Origin: Eledone cirrhosa
Taxonomy: Eukaryota
DNA: 64,000 nucleotides
Assembly (NCBI GenBank): GCA_964016885.1
Contig: OZ024749.1
Span: forward strand, 6,820,001 to 6,884,000
Reading direction: 5' to 3'
Each line of letters begins with the position of its first letter. The stretch's first letter is position 1. A program made the translations under genes and the position numbers. Shown here piece by piece: positions 52,870 through 64,000 of this stretch. Under the pieces are notes generated by a model, which searched no databases, was not told the origin of the DNA, and saw only the letters and a program-made list of their open reading frames with translations.

Positions 52870-54479
52870 TTAGGAAACCCTACACAAAAGTCTTTGGCAA
52901 TTTGTTGGAGAATCTCATCATCAAGAGACCCATTCCAGTTCCCTTCTGCTGCCAAAGTATGTAAATCACTTAACATACATGATATTCTTCTCTTCCATCT
53001 AAATAGGGGTCTATGGAAATTGGTTAACAAGTGGTTCTTGTTTGAAATCATTTATTTGCTGAGGTATAGGCGTGGCTGATGGAGAACTTTAGTCTTCTTT
53101 ATGCTGGAAGGAAGCCTAAAAGCATTGCTAACAATAGAAAAACTATTTATGAGTTCTTGAGCCTCATTGAATGATATCACATGTGATTAGTGCTGTTGAC
53201 AATTAGTTACAACCAGTAAAGTTTGTTCTATATGCAAATGAGCTTTCCCACCAAATATTTTCTAATAACAAATGGTCATCTTGCAAAATCTATACAGACT
53301 CTAGCTTATTTTCATCTCAATACCAGTTGAGTTGATGTCACTGATGAGAGATTAACTAATCTTGAAACAGTGTTGTCTGGCATTCTCAATTGCCACTGAG
53401 ATAGCTGTGGCAAGTTTACAGAGCAAAAGAGAGAAATATTCTTGTAATAACGAACAAATATTTTTCTTTGAAAGCGAGGCTCTGATATGTTTATTGTATA
53501 TAAACATATAGTATAACCTTTCATATACACACTTATGCATAACATAGTCTTAGTGCTACTGCCAATATATATACATATACACACTCACATTTTTGTACAT
53601 TCATATATATATATACATGTTTATATACACGGATCTATATATGTTGTTACGTTCACACTCCCACAAATATATTTACATATATATGCTTATGTATGTATTT
53701 ATAAATTCATCACCATATTATCAATATCCAACCTAATTTCAATTATTTAAAATAGCAAATTTCATTATAAACTAAAGTATTCATTTGGCAACTAGTTATG
53801 CGGGCCACAAGAGAAAAAACAAATTTAAAAAATGCCAAAATACCATCTTTACGATATTACATCTCATCTTTACAATGTTAAAGAAACAAAGAAAATATAT
53901 TGATTTTTGTCCATTTTTTTTTTTTTCCTTTGGTGGAAACATTATCAAGAATGTATGTGACAATAAAAATAGAATTAGTTGTATATATTTTCCTATTCAT
54001 TCATATTTTAATTCCAGTCTCTTTCTTCATCAGAAATTAATAACTACAAATTAGAACAAAAAATGAAATAAAATAAAATAAAATAAAATAAAATAAAATA
54101 TATAAATAATAAAATAAACCTAACAATCTATGTTTTACTGCAAAAAACAATAACAAATACCCAAAGGAAACAAAAAATATATATGTGTGTGCGTGTGTAT
54201 TATATATATATGTATTATATATATATGTATTATATATATAACGCTCAATAAAAAATATCTAAGTATGATAAAAATGATCATAATTTTTTCTCCTCTAGTT
54301 TATCTCTTTCAGAATATTTTAATTTCCATATATCCTCTCGAAATTATAACTTTTTTTAAATTTATCTCTTTTATCACATCTCATTTAAAATATTCTGGAA
54401 ACTTTTGAAATAAAAAAATATTCAAGCATTATATATATATGTACATACAATAAAAGTAGGTTGCCCACACCAACAAAAA

Positions 54480-54945
54480 TGGACGCCGTTAAAGACCCTA
54501 TTGGAGGAGACATCTTCTAAAATATTTCACCAAATTAGATGCTGATAAAGACCCAAATAGGCGAGATTTGGTCCAAAATCTTTCACCAAACTGGACACTG
54601 GTAAAGACCCAATTGGAGGAGATCTGGTCCAAAATCTTTCACCAAACTGGACACTGGTAAAGACCCAATTGGAGGAGATCTGGTCCAAAATCTTTCACCA
54701 AACTGGACACTGGTAAAGACCCAATTGGAGGAGATCTGGTCCAAAATCTTTCACCAAACTGGACACTGGTAAAGACCCAATTGGAGGAGATCTGGTCCAA
54801 AATCTTTCACCAAACTGGACACTGGTAAAGACCCAATTGGAGGAGATCTGGTCCAAAATCTTTCACCAAACTGGACACTGGTAAAGACCCAATTAGTTGA
54901 GATCTGGTCCAAAATCTTTCACTAAAATGGACGTCACTGAAGGCC
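54480..54945. repeat. 56-bp minisatellite, ~8 copies
   Basis: GGTAAAGACCCAATTGGAGGAGATCTGGTCCAAAATCTTTCACCAAACTGGACACT. Confidence 0.95.
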
Positions 54946-55039
54946 CAGTTTGTGGCCTAACACCACCAATGGTTAAATAAAGTCTAACATCAAGTGGCAT
55001 TGTTAGAGTCTATGACACCTAGAGAAGTCCTTGTGCTAC

Positions 55040-58000
55040 TCCACCACCTTCTCCTGCACTTCAGCCTATAAAGACTTATACGACTACTGCCTCCCCCCCC
55101 CCTCCACTCCACCTCAGACTATAAAGTCTTATACAAAAAGCTGTTTCACCGCTGCTTTCGCCTAAATAGAGGGAAAGCTGCTTTCTCAATCCGCATCTCT
55201 GGACCCTGGAATCGGCTTCCAGAAGAAGTGGTCAATGCGTCAACCTCACAACAAGGTGACATTGGACCGCTTTTGGACCACTGTGTTTCCGACTGTGTAA
55301 ATGTTGCCCCTCTCCCCTCCTTACATGGCATCTGAAGCATCTGTTTTATTTTCTGCCAAATATATTGAATTGAATACTCCCCCCCCCTCCACCTATGAAG
55401 ACTTATACAACTACTCCCCCTCCACCTCAGCCTATAAAGACTTATACAACTACACCCCCTCCACCTCAGCCTATAAAGACTTATACAACTACTCCCCCTC
55501 CACCTCAGCCTATAAAGACTTATACAACTACTCCCCCCCTCCACCTCAGCCTATAAAGACTTAAACAACTACTCCCCCTCCACCTCAGCCTATAAAGTCT
55601 TATACAACTACTCCCCCTCCACATCAGCCTATAAAGTCTTATACAACTACTCCCCCCTCCACTTCAGCCTATAAAGACTTATACAATTACTCCACTCCCT
55701 CCACCTCAGCCTATAAAGTCTTATACAACTACTCCCCCCCCCCTCCACCTATGAAGACTTATACAACTACTCCCCCTCCACATCAGCCTATAAAGACTTA
55801 TACAACTACTCCTCCCTCCACTTCAGCCTATAAAGACTTATACAACTACTCCCCCTCCACATCAGCCTATAAAGACTTATACAACTACTCCCCCTCCACC
55901 TCAGCCTATAAAGACTTATACAACTACTCGCCCCTCCACTTCAGCCTATAAAGACTTATACAACTACTCCCCCTCCACATCAGCCTATGAAGACTTATAC
56001 AACTACTCCTCCCTCCACTTCAGCCTATGAAGACTTATACAACTACTCCTCCCTCCACTTCAGCCTATAAAGACTTATACAACTACTCCTCCCTCCACTT
56101 CAGCCTATAAAGACTTATACAACTACTCCTCCCTCCACATCAGCCTATAAAGACTTATACAACTACTCCCCCTCCACATCAGCCTATACAGACTTATACA
56201 ACTACTCCCCCTCCACCTCAGCCTATAAAGACTTATACAACTACTCCCCCTCCACCTCAGCCTATAAAGACTTATACAACTACTCCCCCTCCACCTCAGC
56301 CTATAAAGACTTATACAACTACTCCCCCTCCACCTCAGCCTATAAAGACTTATACAACTACTCCCCCTCCACCTCAGCCTATAAAGACTTATACAACTAC
56401 TCCCCCTCCACCTCAGCCTATAAAGACTTATACAACTACTCCCCCTCCACCTCAGCCTATAAAGACTTATACAACTACTCCCCCTCCACCTCAGCCTATA
56501 AAGACTTATACAACTACTCCCCCCCACCTCAGCCTATAAAGACTTATACAACTACTCCCCCTCCACCTCAGCCTATAAAGACTTATACAACTACTCCCCC
56601 TCCACCTCAGCCTATAAAGACTTATACAACTACTCCCCCTCCACATCAGCCTATAAAGACTTATACAACTACTCCCCCTCCACCTGAGCCTATAAAGACT
56701 TATACAACTACTCGCCCCTCCACTTCAGCCTATAAAGACTTATACAACTACTCGCCCCTCCACTTCAGCCTATAAAGACTTATACAACTACTCGCCCCTC
56801 CACTTCAGCCTATAAAGACTTATACAACTACTCCCCCTCCACATCAGCCTATGAAGACTTATACAACTACTCGCCCCTCCACCTCAGCCTATAAAGACTT
56901 ATACAACTACTCGCCCCTCCACTTCAGCCTATAAAGACTTATACAACTACTCCCCCTCCACATCAGCCTATAAAGACTTATACAACTACTCGCCCCTCCA
57001 CTTCAGCCTATAAAGACTTATACAACTACTCCCCCTCCACATCAGCCTATGAAGACTTATACAACTACTCGCCCCTCCACATCAGCCTATAAAGACTTAT
57101 ACAACTACTCCCCCTCCACATCAGCCTATAAAGACTTATACAATTACTCGCCCCTCCACTTCAGCCTATAAAGACTTATACAACTACTCCCCCTCCACAT
57201 CAGCCTATAAAGACTTATACATCTACTCGCCCCTCCACTTCAGCCTATAAAGACTTATACAACTACTCCCCCTCCACCTCAGCCTATGAAGACTTATACA
57301 ACTACTCGCCCCTCCACATCAGCCTATAAAGACTTATACAACTACTCCCCCTCCACATCAGCCTATAAAGACTTATACAACTACTCGCCCCTCCACTTCA
57401 GCCTATAAAGACTTATACAACTACTCCCCCTCCACCTCAGCCTATGAAGACTTATACAACTACTCGCCCCTCCACATCAGCCTATAAAGACTTATACAAC
57501 TACTCCCCCTCCACATCAGCCTATAAAGACTTATACAACTACTTGCCCCTCCACTTCAGCCTATAAAGACTTATACAACTACTCCCCCTCCACCTCAGCC
57601 TATGAAGACTTATACAACTACTCGCCCCTCCACATCAGCCTATAAAGACTTATACAACTACACCCCCTCCACATCAGCCTATAAAGACTTATACAACTAC
57701 TCGCCCCTCCACTTCAGCCTATAAAGACTTATACAACTACTCGCCCCTCCACTTCAGCCTATAAAGACTTATACAACTACTCGCCCCTCCACTTCAGCCT
57801 ATAAAGACTTATACAACTACTCGCCCCTCCACTTCAGCCTATAAAGACTTATACAACTACTCGCCCCTCCACTTCAGCCTATAAAGACTTATACAACTAC
57901 TCGCCCCTCCACATCAGCCTATGAAGACTTATACAACTACTCCTCCCTCCACTTCAGCCTATAAAGACTTATACAACTACTCGCCCCTCCACTTCAGCCT

Positions 58001-59211
58001 ATAAAGACTTATACAACTACTCGCCCCTCCACTTCAGCCTATAAAGACTTATACAACTACTCGCCCCTCCACATCAGCCTATGAAGACTTATACAACTAC
58101 TCCCCCTCCACTTCAGCCTATAAAGACTTATACAACTACTCGCCCCTCCACATCAGCCTATGAAGACTTATACAACTACTCCCCCTCCACCTCAGCCTAT
58201 AAAGACTTATACAACTACTCGCCCCTCCACTTCAGCCTATAAAGACTTATACAACTACTCCCCTCCACTTCAGCCTATAAAGACTTATACAACTACTCGC
58301 CCCTCCACTTCAGCCTATAAAGTATTATACAACTACTCCCCCCTCCACCTCAGCCTATAAAGTCTTATACAACTACCCCCCCCTCCACATCAGCCTATAA
58401 AGACTTATACAACTACTCGCCCCTCCACCTCAGCCTATAAAGACTTATACAACTACTCCCCCTCCACCTCAGTCTATAAAGTCTTATACAACTACTCCCC
58501 CCTCCACCTCAGCCTATAAAGACTTATACAACTACTCCCCCCCTCCACCTCAGCCTATAAATACTTATACAACTACTCCCCCTCCCCTTCAGCCTATAAA
58601 GTCTTATACAACTACTCCCCCCTCCACCTCAGCCTATAAAGACTTATACAACTACTCCCCCCTCCACCTCAGCCTATAAAGTCTTATACAACTACTCCCC
58701 CTCCACCTCAGCCTATAAAGACTTATACAACTACTCCCCCCCCCCTCCACCTCAGCCTATAAAGTCTTATACAACTACTCCCCCTCCACTTCAGCCTATA
58801 AAGTCTTATACAACTACACCCCCCTCCACATCAGCCTATAAAGTCTTATACAACTATTCCCCCCTCCACCTCAGCCTATAAAGTCTTATACAACTACTCC
58901 CCCTCCACTTCAGCCTATAAAGTCTTATACAATTACTCCCCCTCCACCTCAGCCTATAAAATCTTATACAACTACTCCCCCTCCACTTCAGCCTATAAAG
59001 TCTTATACAACTACTCCCCCCTCCACCTCAGCCTATAATGACTTATACAACTACACCCCCCTCCACATCAGCCTATAAAGTCTTATACAACTACTCCCCC
59101 CTCCACCTCAGCCTATAATGACTTATACAACTACACCCCCCTCCACATCAGCCTATAAAGTCTTATACAACTACTCCCCCCTCCACCTCAGCCTATAAAG
59201 TCTTATACAAC
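55040..59211. repeat. 39-40 bp C-rich satellite, roughly 100 copies
   Basis: CTCCACCTCAGCCTATAAAGACTTATACAACTACTCCCC, with regional variants (CTCGCCCC, AAGTCTT). Confidence 0.97.
55136..55372 (+). mobile_element. CR1-like LINE 3' fragment interrupting the satellite
   Basis: KLFHRCFRLNRGKAAFSIRISGPWNRLPEEVVNAST resembles the CR1 ORF2 C-terminal F..R....WN.LP..VV.A motif. Confidence 0.65.
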
Positions 59212-59221
59212 AGACCCCAAT

Positions 59222-59431
59222 AAAGTTTTCTGATTTAGGCACAAGGCCAGCAATTTTAAAGGAAGGGAAAGTCAATTAAATTGACCCAGTCCATTACTGG
59301 TACTTTATTGATCCCGTAAGGATAAAACGCAAAGCTAACCTTGGCGGGATTTGAACTCATCATAAAGGGCCATAACTCTATGCTACACAGCATATTCTCC
59401 GGCACCCTACCAATACTGCCAATCCACCGCC
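59222..59431 (-). mobile_element. SINE family B
   Basis: GGCGGTGGATTGGCAGTATTGGTAG head on the minus strand; B box and core present. Confidence 0.78.
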
Positions 59432-59982
59432 CTTAACAGACCTCAATAATGCTTCCCCATTAGCTATGGTACAGCTAACATCCAAGTAGGTGTCAGAAAG
59501 GATCTGAGCCCAGAACAAAGGGATAGAACAAACACCACAAGGTATTCTATCTAATGCTCTAACACTTCTGCCAATCTACCACCCTGGACTGCTATTTTAT
59601 TTCTTCTACTTTTCCTCCTCCTTCTTCGCTCACTCATTCCTGTGAGGGTCACGGGGGCAGAGTCCTCAAGCATGCCTTCGAGAGGGTTCTATCAGAAGTA
59701 ACTATCTCCAATTGAACCAGCTACGTGCCCAAACAAGACCAACTGAGCTCACAGATGTTATCCCTCTATCTTGCTCTGAGTCTAACCTTGAGTCTCATGC
59801 CAGTTGGTTTTGTCCATAAAATCTGTCCAGTGATTCTTTCCTGAGACATTCTAACCACATTCTTGATAAATATGACTGAATCACATTAAAAATAAAAGCC
59901 TTTACTCCAAAAATGTGATTTATCACAATGATCTGTCTAGTAGTAAAGATACTATAAACATTTGAACCATCAAGACTCTTAA

Positions 59983-60203
59983 CTCTTTAGCATTTACATT
60001 ACTCTATATTTACTATTATATTTTCATGGTAAAGACTTTATCTCACATAATTATTTCACATGAAATCAAATCTATGAGATTTTGATATTATTCAATTTGA
60101 GACCAAGACCTTAACATCAGTATGACTGGCTGGTTACAGTAAGTTTAAACAGAAAGAGGTGAGAGAATTCAGACTGGATATGGCCGGTTTAAATGCTAGA
60201 GGG
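59983..60203. mobile_element. piggyBac-type MITE
   Basis: TTAA|CTCTTTAGCATTTA...TAAATGCTAGAGGG|TTAA. Confidence 0.85.
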
Positions 60204-60461
60204 TTAAGATTATTTGTGATACAGCATTGCAGGATGTTAAGAGTCTGGAAGATTATAAGATTATGATATATTCTTATTTTTCCTCTTATCACTATTTTAC
60301 AATAAATTATTCTGTGAGGGAGATGTTTTATTAAAGGAGGAAAGGATATATTGTTGCAGCAGAACACCCTTGGTATTGTTCACACCTGAAGCATTGGAAG
60401 AATATTACCTTTGTTTTGTTACTGTCTTTTGGTCAGTTGAACTGGGGTGAGTAGGCTATCT

Positions 60462-60890
60462 AATGGCAACAGCAACAACAACAACAACACTGACAACAGC
60501 AACAACAAAAATGGCAACAGCAACAACAACACTGACAACAGCAACAACAAAAATGGCAACAGCAACAACAACACTGACAACAGCAACAACAAAAATGGCA
60601 ACAGCAACAACAACACTGACAACAGCAACAACAAAAATGGCAACAGCAACAACAACACTGACAACAGCAACAACAAAAATGGCAACAGCAACAACAACAC
60701 TGACAACAGCAACAACAAAAATGGCAACAGCAACAACAACACTGACAACAGCAACAACAAAAATGGCAACAGCAACAACAACACTGACAACAGCAACAAC
60801 AGAAATGGCAACAGCAACAACAACAACACCTACCACAGCAACAACAACAATGGCAACAGCAACAACAATGACAGCAACAACAATAGCAGC
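60462..60890. repeat. 42-bp (CAA-based) minisatellite
   Basis: AATGGCAACAGCAACAACAACACTGACAACAGCAACAACAAA, about 8 copies. Confidence 0.92.
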
Positions 60891-60899
60891 TACAAGACT

Positions 60900-61195
60900 G
60901 AGTGTCATATTTCCAATCTTCCTCTTTGCCCACTTATTCCTGAGAGGGTCATTTTGGGCAGGCAGAGTCCTCAAACACTCCTCCCAGTGGGTCCTGTCAG
61001 AAACAGCAGTCTCCAACTGATCTGAATGGATCCCCAAGTGAGACCAGCCAAGCTCATGGATGTTATCCGACCATCTTGATTGGGGTCTACCCCTGGGTCT
61101 CCTACCTGTTAGTTTCACCCATAAAATCTGTTCAGCACTTCTTTCCTGAGACATTCCAACCACATGCCCATAATATCGCATCTGTGCTCTCTCAA
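60900..61195 (-). mobile_element. RTE-like LINE C-terminal fragment (third family)
   Basis: MRYYGHVVGM..ILW..GRRPRGRPQSRWSDNI..DRTHW; related degraded piece at ~59630-59860. Confidence 0.75.
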
Positions 61196-61693
61196 TTCAG
61201 AGAAGTATTTTCAATCTAAATATCCTAATATTTTCAATCTAAATATCCTAATATTTTCAATCTAAATATCATAATACCATTATGAAAACCATGTAGGATC
61301 CTGCCTAGTAGAACTCTGTTACTTTCACTTTTAAAGTGACCATTTCATTTCTATAAGCTAAACCTCATCAGAAGATGGAGTATCAGAGAATCTTAATCAC
61401 ATGTAACTTTTCTCATACACCTATCTTTCAATAAGACATTTATCTTCATTTACTGTGATAAATGGATGTAGTGCAGGCGTGTTGCCACTAAACACTTGAC
61501 AGTAATTCTCTATTCCTCATTGTCTTTGTCTCTTTCTATGTGTGTGCATATTATACATACATACATACATACATACATACATACATACATACATACATAC
61601 ATACACACACACACATATATAGATAAATAGCAGAGTAAATAGATGTTAAATAATAATGCACAATACATACACATTTATATATATATATATACA

Positions 61694-61765
<72 letters not shown>

Positions 61766-62030
61766 AGCAAAACATAAACTTCATCTGCATAAGGTATCCA
61801 CTCCTATATCAGACCGGATGAAAGTGTCTTCAGAGGATAAACTAGTCTCTCGAATATGGATTGACTTCCTGAGAACAAACATAGTTAGCAATAACACTTA
61901 ATACACAAAAATACACAATCTTACCCATCTCAAAGTGCTCAACAAATATTCATAGAGTTATGAATATTTTAAGGGCTCCAACAGGCAACAAAGAATAAAC
62001 AGATAGAGCTAAGCTCCGATAACTATATAA

Positions 62031-62504
62031 CTATATATATAAAACTGAGGATGTCTGTCTGTGTGTCTGTGAGTTTGAATCCCTAAATCTCGAGAAGTAC
62101 CCAACCGATTTTTTTCAAACTTTACACGTGTATTACTTATGTTTCAGGGAGTATTATGCACATAAAAAAAATTCAACTTTTTGATCCCCTAGGTCCGCAT
62201 TAGGTGAAAAACTGCGTTTTTTCAGCTTTTTAGGGGTTTTTTGAGGCGTTACGTCAGACTGATTTCCTTGAAATTGTAACTATGTATTAATCGGTCTCTT
62301 CATACCGTGAGCAAAGAAAATCCAACTTTTTTATGGCCTAGGTGAAAACCTGCATTTTTCTTTCTTAAAGCTATCCAGCCATCAGAGTATTCGGTTTATT
62401 TTCTTTACATATTGTCCAGGCATGCAGTTTTTCCACAATTAGGTCTGTTGGTGGCCCGCGTTCCAAAATACCTTATCCCGTGCAATGCCAGGTACCACTG
62501 CTAG
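62031..62504 (+). mobile_element. Non-autonomous Helitron-like element
   Basis: 5' CTATATATATAAAACTGAGGATGTCTGTCTG; 3' CCCGTGCAATGCCAGG..CTAG|T. Confidence 0.72.
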
Positions 62505-62713
62505 TATGATATAAAGGTAATAGGCTTCCTTTTTACTCTGAAATATGTCTTCCACAGTAGAATATACTGTTTCAAAAACTATATTTCTCATTAGGTAGTG
62601 TGAGAAGATAGAATCCCCCTGTGAACAGCAGTGGCAGGATTTGATTTCAAAAACTGCTTAGAATGGACAAATAGCCAGAAAATCAAACACTCCTACATAC
62701 AACAAGTGTTTAA

Positions 62714-63281
62714 CCCTTTAACATTTAAATTGGCCATATCCGACCAGAATACTCTCCCCTCTTTGTGTTCAAACCGACCATAACTAGACACTCATACTGA
62801 TGTGAAGGTATTGTTCTCAAATTAAATAATATCAAAATCTAATAGATTTGATATTATGTAAAATAATTGTTTCTACTTTAGGCACAAGGCCAGCAATTAC
62901 CCAGTTCATTACTGGTACTTCATTTTATCGACCCCGTAAGGATGAAAGGCAAAGTCAACCTCGGCGGGATTTGAACTCAGATCGTAAAGGGACGTAACTA
63001 TGCTGGAAGGCATGGCGTCAGACCCTCCACCGATACTGCCAACCCACCGCTCTTATATTATGTGAAATAATCGTTTCTACTTTAGGCACAAGGCCAGCAA
63101 TCACCCAGTGCATTACTGGTACTTTTTTTATCAACCCCGTGAGGATGAAAGGCAAAGTCAACCTAGGCGCGATTTGAACTCAGATCATAAAGGGACGTAA
63201 CTATGTGAAATAATGATGTGAGATAAAGCCTTTACTGCAAAAATACAATAGTATATATAGAGTAATGTAAATGGTAAAAGG
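62714..63281. mobile_element. piggyBac-type MITE carrying two SINE B copies (62863-63050, 63067-63203, minus)
   Basis: TTAA|CCCTTTAACATTTA start; ATATTATGT(A/G)AAATAAT duplicated around the first SINE. Confidence 0.8.
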
Positions 63282-63775
63282 ATCAAAGCCATTGTGAGTC
63301 CCATGACAGACTTTATCAGGCCTGGGATAAATTCTTTTGGCCGAATGCTCTTTGCGGTGCCAACATTTTTAGTTGTCTTTCGCAACATGCTGGGATATGA
63401 CCTAACCATTCTAAACTGGAAGATCTGGGCAGAGGTGGTGAGAGCTGATCTCAAATTGTTGAAGCTCACAAATGAGATGGCAAATGAACATGATGGGTGG
63501 AGGAGTGCTGGAAAAGGCCTGTCCAGCCAATACAAGCACTGAAAAACAGGTGAAAAAAGGTGATGATGATCATTATATGTATGTGTGTGTATGAGGGGGT
63601 GTATATATATATGTACGGCAACACTCATCTTTTTCCATTTCTCCGAGGGTTATAAACCCCACTATCAGGCTAGAAATTTCTTTAGTCTAAAATACGGTGA
63701 AAGCTTATAATTTCTAATTTCAAACTCGAGCACCGTTTCAAAAACATACTTACATGTTTACGTTTATAATTTGCT

Positions 63776-63816
<41 letters not shown>

Positions 63817-64000
63817 TTACATACATACATATATATTTATATAGATAGATAGATATACTAAATTGAGGTTTAATCGACACATCTAAAATATATATCGATT
63901 ATGTATGGTGTGTGTGTGTATATCATCATCATCATCATTATTTTACGTCTGCTTTTCCCTGCTTACAAGGGTCCTATTCAGCACAGCATCTCTCCACTTG

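Noticed and set aside
52880-53051. Protein-like minus-strand stretch (..LAAEGNWNGSLDDEILQQIAKDFC)
   Set aside because: In-frame stop just upstream and no acceptor in phase with the neighbouring candidate exon; the rest of the ORF is antisense RTE.
61785-61840. Minus-strand CTGAAGA-CACTTT..GGAGTG-GATA resembling a hammerhead
   Set aside because: GAAA box is GATA, and neither helix III nor helix I can be paired.

Overview
Repeat-saturated, AT-rich animal DNA. The SINE, RTE and microsatellite mix resembles an octopus-type cephalopod genome (inference). No intact host gene is evident, and nearly all long ORFs in the track are microsatellite or minisatellite artefacts. Recognisable content: decayed LINEs (R4/Dong-like RLE element, several RTE-clade copies, CR1-like ends), a DD37D Tc1/mariner relic, an internally deleted piggyBac with its MITE family, a hAT-type MITE, two non-autonomous Helitrons, two tRNA-derived SINE families, a ~15 kb block of minisatellites (44.6-59.2 kb) and a 200-N gap. 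The most notable signal is about nine complete or near-complete type I hammerhead ribozyme folds plus several damaged ones. They come from several unrelated short element families, usually sit beside (TA)n, often lie in fold-back palindromes, and are often followed by a shared GAGTACTC-like motif. This pattern suggests a diverse Penelope-pLTR/retrozyme-like population. All folds were paired by eye, and no activity is demonstrated.
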